From: a bacterium
GTDB lineage: Bacteria; UBA8248
Reading direction: 5' to 3'
Assembly (NCBI GenBank): GCA_965202625.1
Contig: CBDBBI010000010.1
Span: forward strand, 1,728,001 to 1,792,000
Length of the DNA stretch: 64,000 bases
Under the pieces are notes generated by a model that was not told the origin of the DNA, ran no database searches, and worked only from the letters and a program-made list of their open reading frames with translations. Shown here one piece after another: positions 48,886 to 57,650 of this stretch. How positions within the stretch are numbered: the first letter of the stretch is position 1; every line of letters begins with the position of its first letter. The position numbers and the translations under genes were made by a program.

Positions 48886-49791
48886 ATGCCCATTAAAAAG
48901 GTTGATGGGTTCCATTTTCACCCAGAATCGCGCGAGCGCGTTCTCGCCCAGCGCCAGGCGGACTCCTCCAAAACGCCCTGGACGCCGATGCGCAAACCGC
49001 TTGCCGCGCGCCGGGTCACTCTGATCTCCACGGCCGGCATCTTCAGGAAGAATGACGTCTCCTTCGACTACGAGAGAGAGCGCCGGGAGGGTACTTGGGG
49101 AGACCCGACCCACCGGGAGATACCCAAAACGGCGGGGCAGGACGACGTGGTCTACTCTCATCTCCACGTCGACACCTCGTTCATGGCCGAGGACAGAAAC
49201 GTGGCTTGGCCGGTCGACGTCTTCCTGGATTTCGAAAAGGAGGGAAAAATCCGCGCTCTTGCGGACACGCTGTATTCCATCATGGGCTACATTCCGAATT
49301 TCAATCCGCTCGTGAAGCGCACCGCACCCCTTATGATTCAGAAGATGAAAGACGAGGACGTGGAGGCGGCGTTTCTCTTTCCGGTCTGACCCCTGTGCAA
49401 TCGGTCCGGCGGACTGCTCCAGCGCGAAATCGAAAAGGCGGGAATTTCCACCGTCATCATCTCCAACGTGCCTGAGACCATTGAGCGCGTTTGCGCGCCT
49501 AGGGCCGTCTTCGTCCAGTATCCCTTCGGACGGCAGTTGGGCCTCGTAGGAGATTACGACGGCCAGCGCAGGATTTGCGAAGACATGACGGCGCTGCTGG
49601 AGGAGGCGCAAGCCCCCAACGCCTATCGGCATCTGCCCTACGAGTGGTCCGAGCCGCCGGAGACCACGAAATGGCGTCCCGACGTCCCCCCACCCATATT
49701 CGCAATTCGGGCGGCGAAAGAGGGCGGCCAAAATCTGATGGACGACTACAAGGACGAGGAGCGAGTCGCGTATTCAGACACGAAGCGCTAG
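48886..49791 (+). CDS. Glycine/sarcosine/betaine/D-proline reductase selenoprotein-B-like protein (Sec at TGA 49387-49389, UxxC)
   Basis: PWTPMRKPLAARRVTLISTAG, GDPTHREIP, DRNVAWPVD; in-frame read-through FLFPV-U-PLCNRSGGLLQREIEKAGISTV...APRAVFVQYPFGRQLG. Confidence 0.88.
49402..49416 (+). promoter_or_regulatory. Bacterial SECIS-like hairpin of the selenoprotein-B-like gene
   Basis: CGGTCC-[GGC]-GGACTG after a 12-nt spacer from the TGA; G-initiated loop. Confidence 0.65.
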
Positions 49792-49902
49792 CCGAATGCC
49801 CTACACTCCAGCCCCCAGAAGAATTACGCTTTCTCTATGTAGCCAGCCAAACAAAAATAATTACGAACGGCTTGGAAAAAAGGCCGTGAAAGGGAAAGGG
49901 GG

Positions 49903-50673
49903 TTATGAAGTCGCCGCATCCCGCACGGCACGCGAAAGACACCCGGGGCAGTGACATTGGTCATCACGGGGAGAATGAACGAGCCCGTGCAAAACACCTC
50001 CTTCAGAGTCGAACCTGGATGCGATTTTGCCAAAGTATCTGGTGTCGCGGATACTCGTATCTACGCCAAACGGCCCAAGCGACGAGATCGGCAATCTGGA
50101 TAATCCGCGAAGCTTGTGAATCAACGAACAGAGGAAACTCCGCCAAATTGTGCAACCTACCCCATCTCGTCCCCCGAACCCGAAACGTCCGGGCGAGACT
50201 TTGCAGCGCACCCTCGTAGTTCGATTTGTCCATGACGACGAGACCGCGATGTCTTCCCTCTTCCTTTTTTCCTGCTCGATCATAGATGCGTTTTAGTTGG
50301 AGGTTGAAGCGATTGCATATCTCTTCAAAAGCGTATTCAACCGGATCATTCGGGGCGCGTTGCACCTTATGAACTACAACCGCAAACAAACGCTCCGATG
50401 GCTTTCTCGGACGATGTCCAGAGCATCTGCGATGATTTGAGAGGATTTTTCCTTTGAAATTCCCTTCCAAGGATCTTCTCTTCTATTGTAGATGACGCTG
50501 GCATGAAGTTCTATATCTTCAGGAGGACCGAGGCCCAAGGATTCAACGAATTTATCAATGCGTTGAATCAAATGAAAAATTTGACGCTCGAATACGGAAA
50601 TGCCACCAAGAATGAAATACTCCTCGTTCGCGTTTCTCATCGAGCCGGAACCGTCAACATAGATGAGATACAT
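49903..50673 (-). pseudogene. DUF3800 domain protein with two frameshifts
   Basis: MYLIYVDGSG..FILGG..ELHAS; shift near 50400 to RLFAVVVHK..FVDSQASRIIQIADLVAWAVWRRYE; shift near 50050 to RDTRYFGKIASRFDSEGGVLHGLVH. Confidence 0.8.
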
Positions 50674-50711
50674 ATTGTCCTTGGGGAAGGGGGCGCGTTA
50701 CCCATTGATAT

Positions 50712-50776
50712 AAAAAAGCAGCCGAGTGTGGAACCTGTCCACAGCGGACGGTAAATATCACAGCCCTCTCGACCGC
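50712..50776 (-). ncRNA. Putative structured RNA (three-way junction plus U-tract) upstream of the DUF3800 gene
   Basis: Minus strand: GCGGUCGAG/CUCGGCUGC 9-bp closing stem, GGGC-U-GUGA-UAU-UUAC-C-GUCC hairpin, UGUGGA-CAGGU-UCCACA hairpin, then U6. Confidence 0.6.
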
Positions 50777-50860
50777 ATAGTCCAAATAGGATATAGAACC
50801 TTTTGATCTGCCTTTTGGGGCACTGCTCAATGAAACCCTATCCCTATTCAAGCACCGCGT

Positions 50861-51625
50861 TTAGGTGGCCTGCTCCGCCGCCTGCATCGCTTCTTCGAGC
50901 TCCTTCGGGGTGAGGGGATCGCCCACGCCGATCATCGAGTCGCGCGTCACGAGTTGGAAGAGTTGCGCCTCGCTCCAGCCCCCGGTTCCTTCCGGCCGCT
51001 GGGGGATGATGAGGTAGCGGCAATCCGCGTTCGAGTCGATGACGATGAGTTCCACGTCATCGGGCGGCTCTAAGCCCATATCCTTGAGGACGCCCCTCGG
51101 GTCGGTCACGGCCTTCGAGCGATAGGGGAAGCTCTTGTACCAGGTGGGCGGCTGGCCGAGGAGCTGTCTCGGGTAGCACGAGCATAGGGTACACACCACC
51201 ATGTAGCGAAGCGAATCGGTATTCTCGAGAGCCACCACGCGGTTGATGCCGGAAGTGTCGATTCCCATCTCCTCGCAGGCAACATCCGCATCCGCCAAGA
51301 GCCTTTCCTTGAAACCTTCATCCACCCAGGCGCGCGCGACGACGCGCGAGCCGATGGCCGGGCTCTGCCCATAAATCTCCTCCACCGACCGCCGCATCTC
51401 GTCGGTGGTGAGAATGCCCTTCTCTCGCAGGACGTTCATCAGCGCCATCACGCGCACCTGATAGTAATCCAAGTCATGCTCGACCTGGGCCACTGCGCCC
51501 GCCCGGTAGGCGTCGTCGGACTGCATCCGCGCGTTGTGAGCCGCCGGGTCCTGGCTGTAGGTGCGCTCGTGATCGCCGTGGTGGTGATGCCGGTTTCCGT
51601 TGTCATGATCGTGGGAGTGCGTCAT
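50861..51625 (-). CDS. Co-type nitrile hydratase alpha / thiocyanate hydrolase gamma-like subunit with a His-rich N-terminus
   Basis: VVCTLCSCYP metal motif, VVARAW, PPTWYKSFPYRS; MTHSHDHDNGNRHHHHGDH N-terminus; GAGGAG RBS. Confidence 0.88.
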   Translation of the reverse strand: MTHSHDHDNGNRHHHHGDHERTYSQDPAAHNARMQSDDAYRAGAVAQVEHDLDYYQVRVMALMNVLREKGILTTDEMRRSVEEIYGQSPAIGSRVVARAWVDEGFKERLLADADVACEEMGIDTSGINRVVALENTDSLRYMVVCTLCSCYPRQLLGQPPTWYKSFPYRSKAVTDPRGVLKDMGLEPPDDVELIVIDSNADCRYLIIPQRPEGTGGWSEAQLFQLVTRDSMIGVGDPLTPKELEEAMQAAEQAT

Positions 51626-51665
51626 GTCGTGCTCCTCGTTCACGGGTGACGCCGGCGGCCTCGCC

Positions 51666-51953
51666 TCAGACCGGCTCCAGCCAGTGCTCATAGATTTCGA
51701 TATAGAGTTTGTCCTGTTTTCGTCCCGCCTCGTGATCCCACAGATCGTTGATGTCAAACGCCACCCAATAGAGCTCCTTGAGCGGAGAACCGTCTCCGCC
51801 GTAGGCTAGATCTTCAGGATTTTTGTATTTGCCGAAGTAGCGGTTGACGACACCGGTCTTTCCCTTCACGTAATACACTGTTCGATGATGGCTGTGCGGG
51901 TACATCTCCTTGACGCGCACCCTGTCGCCCACGCGAAACCGGATTTTCTCCAT
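51666..51953 (-). CDS. Nitrile hydratase beta C-terminal SH3-like domain protein (ScnA-like)
   Basis: FRVGDRVRV..HHRTVYYVKGKTG..NPEDLAYG..LYWVAF..IEIYEHWLEP. Confidence 0.88.
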   Translation of the reverse strand: MEKIRFRVGDRVRVKEMYPHSHHRTVYYVKGKTGVVNRYFGKYKNPEDLAYGGDGSPLKELYWVAFDINDLWDHEAGRKQDKLYIEIYEHWLEPV

Positions 51954-52210
51954 CGCGACCTCCCCCCTTCCAATCGGGTCGAACCCGGCTACGAAAAACC
52001 ATTCTACACCGCGAAAGCCCTTTGTCCAGTCGCTTCTGGCGGGCTCCCTCGCGCCTTAAGCGGGCGATGGACACCTCCCGCGTGCGTGCACTAGCCCTTA
52101 GCTAGAGTCGCGCGCAGAAGTTGCGGGTTGTCGGAATGGTCGCTCCCGCCCCTGGACTTCTGCGCGGCGTGATTGATCTTCACTTCAGCTGTCGTCCACC
52201 TGTCAATTCC

Positions 52211-53224
52211 TCACGCCGCAAGTCGGTACACGCGCCGGGCGTTACGGGAGAGAATCATCTCCCGCTCCGCTTTGGGGAGGCGACTCAAACCCGGAATCTC
52301 CCGCGCAAGCTGATGATAGCCCATGTCCGCCGGGTAATCCGTGCCGTAGAGAATTCGCTCCGCCCCGAGCGTTCTGACGGCAAAATCGAAGGCGTCCGCG
52401 TTGTGGATGACGGCGTCATAGAAAAAGCGGCTCAGGTAATCTTCTGGCTCCCCCGCTCCATGCGCCTTTGGCTCTTGACGCGCGCCGTAGCCGTGCTGCC
52501 AGCGGCCCCGTATCCAGGGCGTGAAGCCGCCTAGGTGGGAGAGACAAAACTTGAGGTTCGGAAACCGGTCCATCACGCCGCCAAATATCAGGCACGCCGC
52601 GGCGATGGTAGTGTCGAGCGGGTTTCCGATGAAGTTTCTCAGATAATAGTCCCTCAGGCGATCTTCGGCACCCAGAACGTTCGTGGGATGCACGAGCAAG
52701 GGCACCTCAAGCGCCTCCGCCTCGGCCCAGAATACATCCAGGGCCGGATCGTCGAGATTGCGCCCGGCCACGTTCGAGGCGATCATCACGCCGACATGGC
52801 CACTCCGCACCGCGCGCGCGAGCTCGACCGCCGCAGCCTCGGGCGCCTGGAGGGGCACGGTCGCCATACAGGAGAAGGTATCGGGATGCGCCCTGGCCAG
52901 GGACGCTAAGGCGTCGTTCAGAGAGGCGGCCAACTCCTGATTCGCCTCCGCCTCCAGAGCATAAAGCGTCATGGCGGGACCGATAGAGAGCACCTGGCGC
53001 ACAACGCCCATGCGCTCCATGTCGGCGAAGCGAGGCTCCAGTTCATAATAAAGAGGGGTGAGCTTGTTCCTGAGCTCTGTCTCGCGTCCTAGAACCTTGC
53101 CCCGGGTGACAATCCATTCCCCTTGCGCGTCGGCCTCTATCGCCACCGTCCGGCCAAAGCGACCCGCGCGTACATCCTCAATGAACCCCTTGGGGTAGAT
53201 GTGGGTATGGGGATCGATCGCCAT
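52211..53224 (-). CDS. Amidohydrolase_2 family protein (ACMSD-like)
   Basis: IDPHTH, LLVHP, SHLGG, LYGTDYP. Confidence 0.88.
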   Translation of the reverse strand: MAIDPHTHIYPKGFIEDVRAGRFGRTVAIEADAQGEWIVTRGKVLGRETELRNKLTPLYYELEPRFADMERMGVVRQVLSIGPAMTLYALEAEANQELAASLNDALASLARAHPDTFSCMATVPLQAPEAAAVELARAVRSGHVGVMIASNVAGRNLDDPALDVFWAEAEALEVPLLVHPTNVLGAEDRLRDYYLRNFIGNPLDTTIAAACLIFGGVMDRFPNLKFCLSHLGGFTPWIRGRWQHGYGARQEPKAHGAGEPEDYLSRFFYDAVIHNADAFDFAVRTLGAERILYGTDYPADMGYHQLAREIPGLSRLPKAEREMILSRNARRVYRLAA

Positions 53225-53299
53225 ATTCTCATCTCTATCTGGCGGAGGCCTCCGCGCGGGTCGCGCGCTGCGTCTGGAGTCCTCTCCGCCGCCGGGCCC

Positions 53300-54316
53300 T
53301 CACGCTTCCAGCTTGTAGAGCTTCTTCACGTTTTCGTAGAGCATTTTTTCTTGATCCACCTCCGAAAAACGCGAAAGCCCTGGGATTTCCCTGGCCGCGC
53401 CCAGGTAGCCCATGTCGAAGGGATAGTCCGTGCCGTAAAGAATCCTGTCCACCCCCAGCGTGTTCACGGCGAACTCGAAGGAATCCGCATTGTGAATGAT
53501 GGTATCGTAATACAACTTGCCGAAATACTGTTCGGGGTCCTTCGCGCCGCGCGCCTTGGGCTCCTTGCGCTCACCGTAGCCGTGCTGCCAGCGCCCTCGT
53601 ATCCAGGGCGTGAAGCCGCCCACGTGCGAGACCAGAAACTTGATGTTCGGAAAGCGATCGAAAACGCCGCCGAATATCAGGCAGGCGATGGATATCGTGG
53701 TGTCGAGCGGATTTCCGATGAAGTTTCTCAGGTAATAGTCCTTGAGCCTGTCGTTGACACCCATCACGTCCACCGGGTGGATAAAAATCGGGACATCATG
53801 CGCGCACGCTTTCTCCCAGACGACGTCGAGTGCTGGATCGTCCAGGTTCCGGCCGGCGACGTTGGAGCCAATCTGGCAACCAAGGTGGCCGTTTTTCACC
53901 GCGCGGTCGAGTTCCGCCGCCGCCGCTGCCGGGTCCTGGAGCGGAATCTGCGCCATGCACAAAAAACGCTCGGGGCGTTCCTTAGTGAGCGCCGTGAGCG
54001 CATCGTTCAAAGACGCGGAGAGCTCCCTGTTTAAACCGGCGTCAAGTGCGTAGTGCGTCATCGGTGGAACGACGGAGAGTATCTGCATGTCCACGTTTTG
54101 GTTGTTCGCCATGTCGTTCAGGCGCATCTCGATGTCGTAGGTTTCTTTCGGCAAGGGATTCTTGTGAACGCGCTCCTCGCCCAGAACCGTGCTTTTCGTG
54201 ACGAGATGCTCCCACGGATCGCCCGCCTCAATGGTGACGGCGTCGCCGAAACGGCCTTGGCGCACGTCTTCGATGAAACTCTGCGGAGCGATGTGGGCAT
54301 GGGGGTCGATGATCAC
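53300..54316 (-). CDS. Amidohydrolase_2 family protein (ACMSD-like), tandem paralog
   Basis: IDPHAH, IFIHP, SHVGG, LYGTDYPFDMG. Confidence 0.9.
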   Translation of the reverse strand: MIIDPHAHIAPQSFIEDVRQGRFGDAVTIEAGDPWEHLVTKSTVLGEERVHKNPLPKETYDIEMRLNDMANNQNVDMQILSVVPPMTHYALDAGLNRELSASLNDALTALTKERPERFLCMAQIPLQDPAAAAAELDRAVKNGHLGCQIGSNVAGRNLDDPALDVVWEKACAHDVPIFIHPVDVMGVNDRLKDYYLRNFIGNPLDTTISIACLIFGGVFDRFPNIKFLVSHVGGFTPWIRGRWQHGYGERKEPKARGAKDPEQYFGKLYYDTIIHNADSFEFAVNTLGVDRILYGTDYPFDMGYLGAAREIPGLSRFSEVDQEKMLYENVKKLYKLEA

Positions 54317-54532
54317 CAGAACTTCTCCTTCATCAATACGTGAACTAAAGAAAAATATCTTCTCGTGAAACGATTCTTCGGAAATTTCGAGGGACGATTA
54401 TGCACGCTCTCAATGCTCCACGCCAGGGGGCGAGACGTCAAGCCCCGAAACTACGGCGCGAGGCGAACCGCCCCAATCCTCTCAAGGAGTTCGCCCCGGA
54501 ACGCTGCCGCGCGAGATTCGACCCGCAAGGGC

Positions 54533-55789
54533 TCAAAACGCCTTGTCGATCACGACGCGCACACCCCTGGCGCCTACCCGCACGGGACGCACCGAGTGGC
54601 CCTCAAGATCACCAGAGCGGGCGGGACCGGCTGAGCCGTCCGCGTCCAGGCGCGCTGTGAGCGAAACCATCCCCTCAAAGGGAACTCCCGGAATCATGAC
54701 GTTTTGCTTCGAAATCACAAACGCCAGTGGGAAGTGAGGCCGCGCCACGCGCAGAACCGCCAGCGGAGGCCCCCCACCCACCTTACGCGCGATCAAAAAG
54801 AGCACAGGCTTGCCCCCAGCTCGCGCGCGCAAGGCGGGGGCGAGTTCGATCGTTCCCGCAATGACGGCGCCGGTTTCGGGCGCCTCAGAGAACACTCGAG
54901 GTTCCCCTTGCGCCTCCTGGGCCAGAAGAATTTGCGCGTCATCGGCGCCCACCTCAACCCGTCCGCGCGCCTCGCCCAGAATGTCTCCCGCCTGCGTCCC
55001 GACCTTGCCATCGCCATCGAGTCTGGCAATGAGACGGACCGCGCCTGAGAACGCCACGTCGCGCAACATCACGTCGCGCTCGCTCATGGTGAACGCCAGC
55101 GGGAACCGAGGCTTCAAGATCCGCACCACCGCTAGGGGGGGGCCGGTGCTTGCCGTCCGCGCGATGATGAAAAGCGCCGCCTTTCCCTCCGCTTTTTCGG
55201 CCAGTTCCGGCGCCAGGCGCACCACGCCCCGAATCCTAGCGGCGCCTTTGATCGGCGGCGCATTCTCGCGCGGTGGCGCGCGTTTCGGCGAGAATTTCCT
55301 CGCCACTCGGGACGGAGGCGCCGTACCCGCTTCATCGATGAGCACATCCACGTTCCGCGCACCTACGGAAACCAGGTGGGGGGCTCTTCCCCCGAAATCG
55401 CCCCTCGACAGCGGCCCCGGAACGCCGTCCGCATCAAGGCGCGCGCGAACGCGGACGCGGCCGGAGAATTTCTGTCCGCGAATCATCACGTCATCCTTCG
55501 TGATGACGTATCGGTAGGGAAACATCGTCTCCACCAGACGCTGCACGGCTATGGGCGGTCCGCCCTCCTCCCGCTCCAGAATGATAAAGAGCGTGCGCGT
55601 GCGCCACGCCTCGACAGGCAGATCCCCGCTCATCCGAATGGTTCCCGAGACCGACTCCTTAGGGGAGCCAAACTCAGGCAGCAGGTCGCAACCGCCCAAG
55701 GGCACGGAGAGGCAAAGCAACAAGAGAGCGGAGCGAAGAATTTTAGACGCGCGCTTCATGCGCTTCATGCGCTTCATGCGCTTTTCCAT
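54533..55789 (-). CDS. Lipoprotein with three tandem CcmI/CycH C-terminal-like domains
   Basis: Lipobox-like PLGGC; three copies of LF(I/L)IxR..GPP(L/I)AVxR...FP...VM...ARLDxDG..GD. Confidence 0.75.
   Translation of the reverse strand: MEKRMKRMKRMKRASKILRSALLLLCLSVPLGGCDLLPEFGSPKESVSGTIRMSGDLPVEAWRTRTLFIILEREEGGPPIAVQRLVETMFPYRYVITKDDVMIRGQKFSGRVRVRARLDADGVPGPLSRGDFGGRAPHLVSVGARNVDVLIDEAGTAPPSRVARKFSPKRAPPRENAPPIKGAARIRGVVRLAPELAEKAEGKAALFIIARTASTGPPLAVVRILKPRFPLAFTMSERDVMLRDVAFSGAVRLIARLDGDGKVGTQAGDILGEARGRVEVGADDAQILLAQEAQGEPRVFSEAPETGAVIAGTIELAPALRARAGGKPVLFLIARKVGGGPPLAVLRVARPHFPLAFVISKQNVMIPGVPFEGMVSLTARLDADGSAGPARSGDLEGHSVRPVRVGARGVRVVIDKAF
55751..55783. repeat. 9-bp tandem repeat (GCGCTTCAT)x3 plus a partial copy, encoding MKR repeats in the signal peptide
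   Basis: gcgcttcat gcgcttcat gcgcttcat gcgctt read directly. Confidence 0.85.
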
Positions 55790-55846
55790 GATGAATTCAC
55801 GCGCCAAAAGGCTCTCATCTCGTTCAGGCATAGAAAAAGCGACCGT

Positions 55847-56599
55847 TCAAGTGAACTCGCGCAGGCGAACGCACTCAGGGTCCACCACCTCAAGCGCCGC
55901 GCGCTCAGCGGCTGTGGGTTCCGACGTGAAGGGCGCGCGCTCCAGATCCCCCAAATCAAAGCCCGTGGCGGCGCGCAAGGCTTCACGCGTCACGCCCTGA
56001 TGAATCGACTCCACCTGCAGACGACCATTTTCTTTTTGAAAAACGCACATGGGCGTCACCACTCCCGCCACGCCGCCAGATGCGGTCACGTAGCTACAAC
56101 GCTCTGGAAAGCTCCTCGCGTCGTGAACCGTTCTCCAGAGGACGGTGCGCCTGGCAGTGGGTAATATGTGCGCGCTTCCCGCGCCCCCCGGGAGACGCAC
56201 CTTCGGGGCCGACGGATCCCCGATGAAAGAGAGGTTCACGTCCCCGCGCGCATCAATTTGCGCACCGCCCAAAAACGCCAGATCGAGTTTGCCCCGCGCG
56301 GAGAGATCGAAAATTTCCATGAGACTGAAATAAGAAAGTGCCCCCTCCATGAGTTGGCGCGCCACCGTAGAGGTGGGAAGAGAGGAAGGCCGGGGGTTCA
56401 CTCCGCCCGGAATATTCAGATAGGTCAGGTTCGGCGCATGGATTTCTCTCGCCAAGGCGATAGCCGTCATAGGCAGCGGCGAGGCCACACCGTGAAACAC
56501 GACCTCCCCGTCCCGAATGAACCTGGACAAGAAAACCGCCACTCTATCGGCACTCGCTCGCACTTCCTCAGATACCCTCTCCCGCACGAGAGGACTCAC
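55847..56599 (-). CDS. Family I CoA-transferase subunit B (glutaconate CoA-transferase-like)
   Basis: LAFLGGAQIDARGDVN, RLPGGAGS, VVTPMCVF; GTGA overlap with subunit A. Confidence 0.85.
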   Translation of the reverse strand: MSPLVRERVSEEVRASADRVAVFLSRFIRDGEVVFHGVASPLPMTAIALAREIHAPNLTYLNIPGGVNPRPSSLPTSTVARQLMEGALSYFSLMEIFDLSARGKLDLAFLGGAQIDARGDVNLSFIGDPSAPKVRLPGGAGSAHILPTARRTVLWRTVHDARSFPERCSYVTASGGVAGVVTPMCVFQKENGRLQVESIHQGVTREALRAATGFDLGDLERAPFTSEPTAAERAALEVVDPECVRLREFT

Positions 56600-57435
56600 G
56601 CGACGCCCCCGCACACCGCGTTTTCCGCGTGATCGCGCGCCTTCCAAGAATTGAGATGGGCTCGAGGAAATTCCCCCCTAGAAACCGCATCCACATACGC
56701 GCCCAGCGCATCCTCGTCGATGTCGTAGAAGGGATGACAACCTCCGGGCCGCGCCCCCCCCGGCGCGCGGACGACCGCTCGCGTCATAAAGGCAGGGATG
56801 ACGGTCCTATCCGGTTTTTCGACGAAAAACGCGGTTTCCTCAATGCGCTCGGCCGTCAGAATTAACTCCTCCGCCGCCCTGGACATCAGGATGTCCTCGA
56901 ACACCCCACCCTCTATCCGCGCGTTCCCCTGGACGTCGGCGTAAGGGACGTGAAGCACGGCGAATCTCGGCCTGATTCTGGGAACCATGTGCACCGGAAC
57001 GCCGGTGTAAGGGTCTTTCAACCGCAGAAAGCCCGTGTGTGCCGCCACGTCACTCCCCTGCAGACCCGCAGTCGGCTGGCTCGGCAAACCATAGGCCGAA
57101 GCCCTGAGACCTGCAATGACCGTAGAGCAGGCGTGCTCGACCACCTGCACGCGGCCCTCCTCCACCCCCCGACGATAGGCGGGCGCGAGGCCAAAGAGGT
57201 TCTCGAATCCCACATAGCCCGTCTGCGTTTGCGCCACGGCCCCCGCCGCGCAAAGTAAGTCAACGTCATACGCTCCGGCCGTCTTCACAAGACGCAACCC
57301 TTTGCGCCCTCGTCGGGCGAGCTCCCGGACGAAGGCGGCCGGAGTTCTCGTGAGCGCGTTTCCACCCAAAGCAAGCAAATCTCCGTCTTGGACGAGGGCC
57401 ACCGCTTCTGTAAGAGACATCATTTTGCTTGCCAT
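56596..57435 (-). CDS. Family I CoA-transferase subunit A
   Basis: MSLTEAVALVQDGDLLALGG, AVLHVPYADVQGNARI, PGGARPGGCHPFY. Confidence 0.87.
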   Translation of the reverse strand: MASKMMSLTEAVALVQDGDLLALGGNALTRTPAAFVRELARRGRKGLRLVKTAGAYDVDLLCAAGAVAQTQTGYVGFENLFGLAPAYRRGVEEGRVQVVEHACSTVIAGLRASAYGLPSQPTAGLQGSDVAAHTGFLRLKDPYTGVPVHMVPRIRPRFAVLHVPYADVQGNARIEGGVFEDILMSRAAEELILTAERIEETAFFVEKPDRTVIPAFMTRAVVRAPGGARPGGCHPFYDIDEDALGAYVDAVSRGEFPRAHLNSWKARDHAENAVCGGVA

Positions 57436-57650
57436 CTCTTCCTCCCCGCCCATATGACGAAGTGATGATTATCCCCCAGAGGTGTTCGCCTCTCAAGGTG
57501 GACGAGCGACATATTCTGAAATGTCCGCACAATGGATAGAATTCTCTGAAAAAACATTTTGCCCCATTTGACAAAGATACCCAAATTCCTGATGGTGAAG
57601 ATGTATGTAATGGATGTGTTTTTCCGCTCACCAGGTGCCAGAAATCGCCC

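Noticed and set aside
50861-51625. Nitrile-hydratase leader peptide (NHLP) RiPP precursor
   Set aside because: It keeps the full CTLCSC metal site and C-terminal domain; no RiPP maturases nearby
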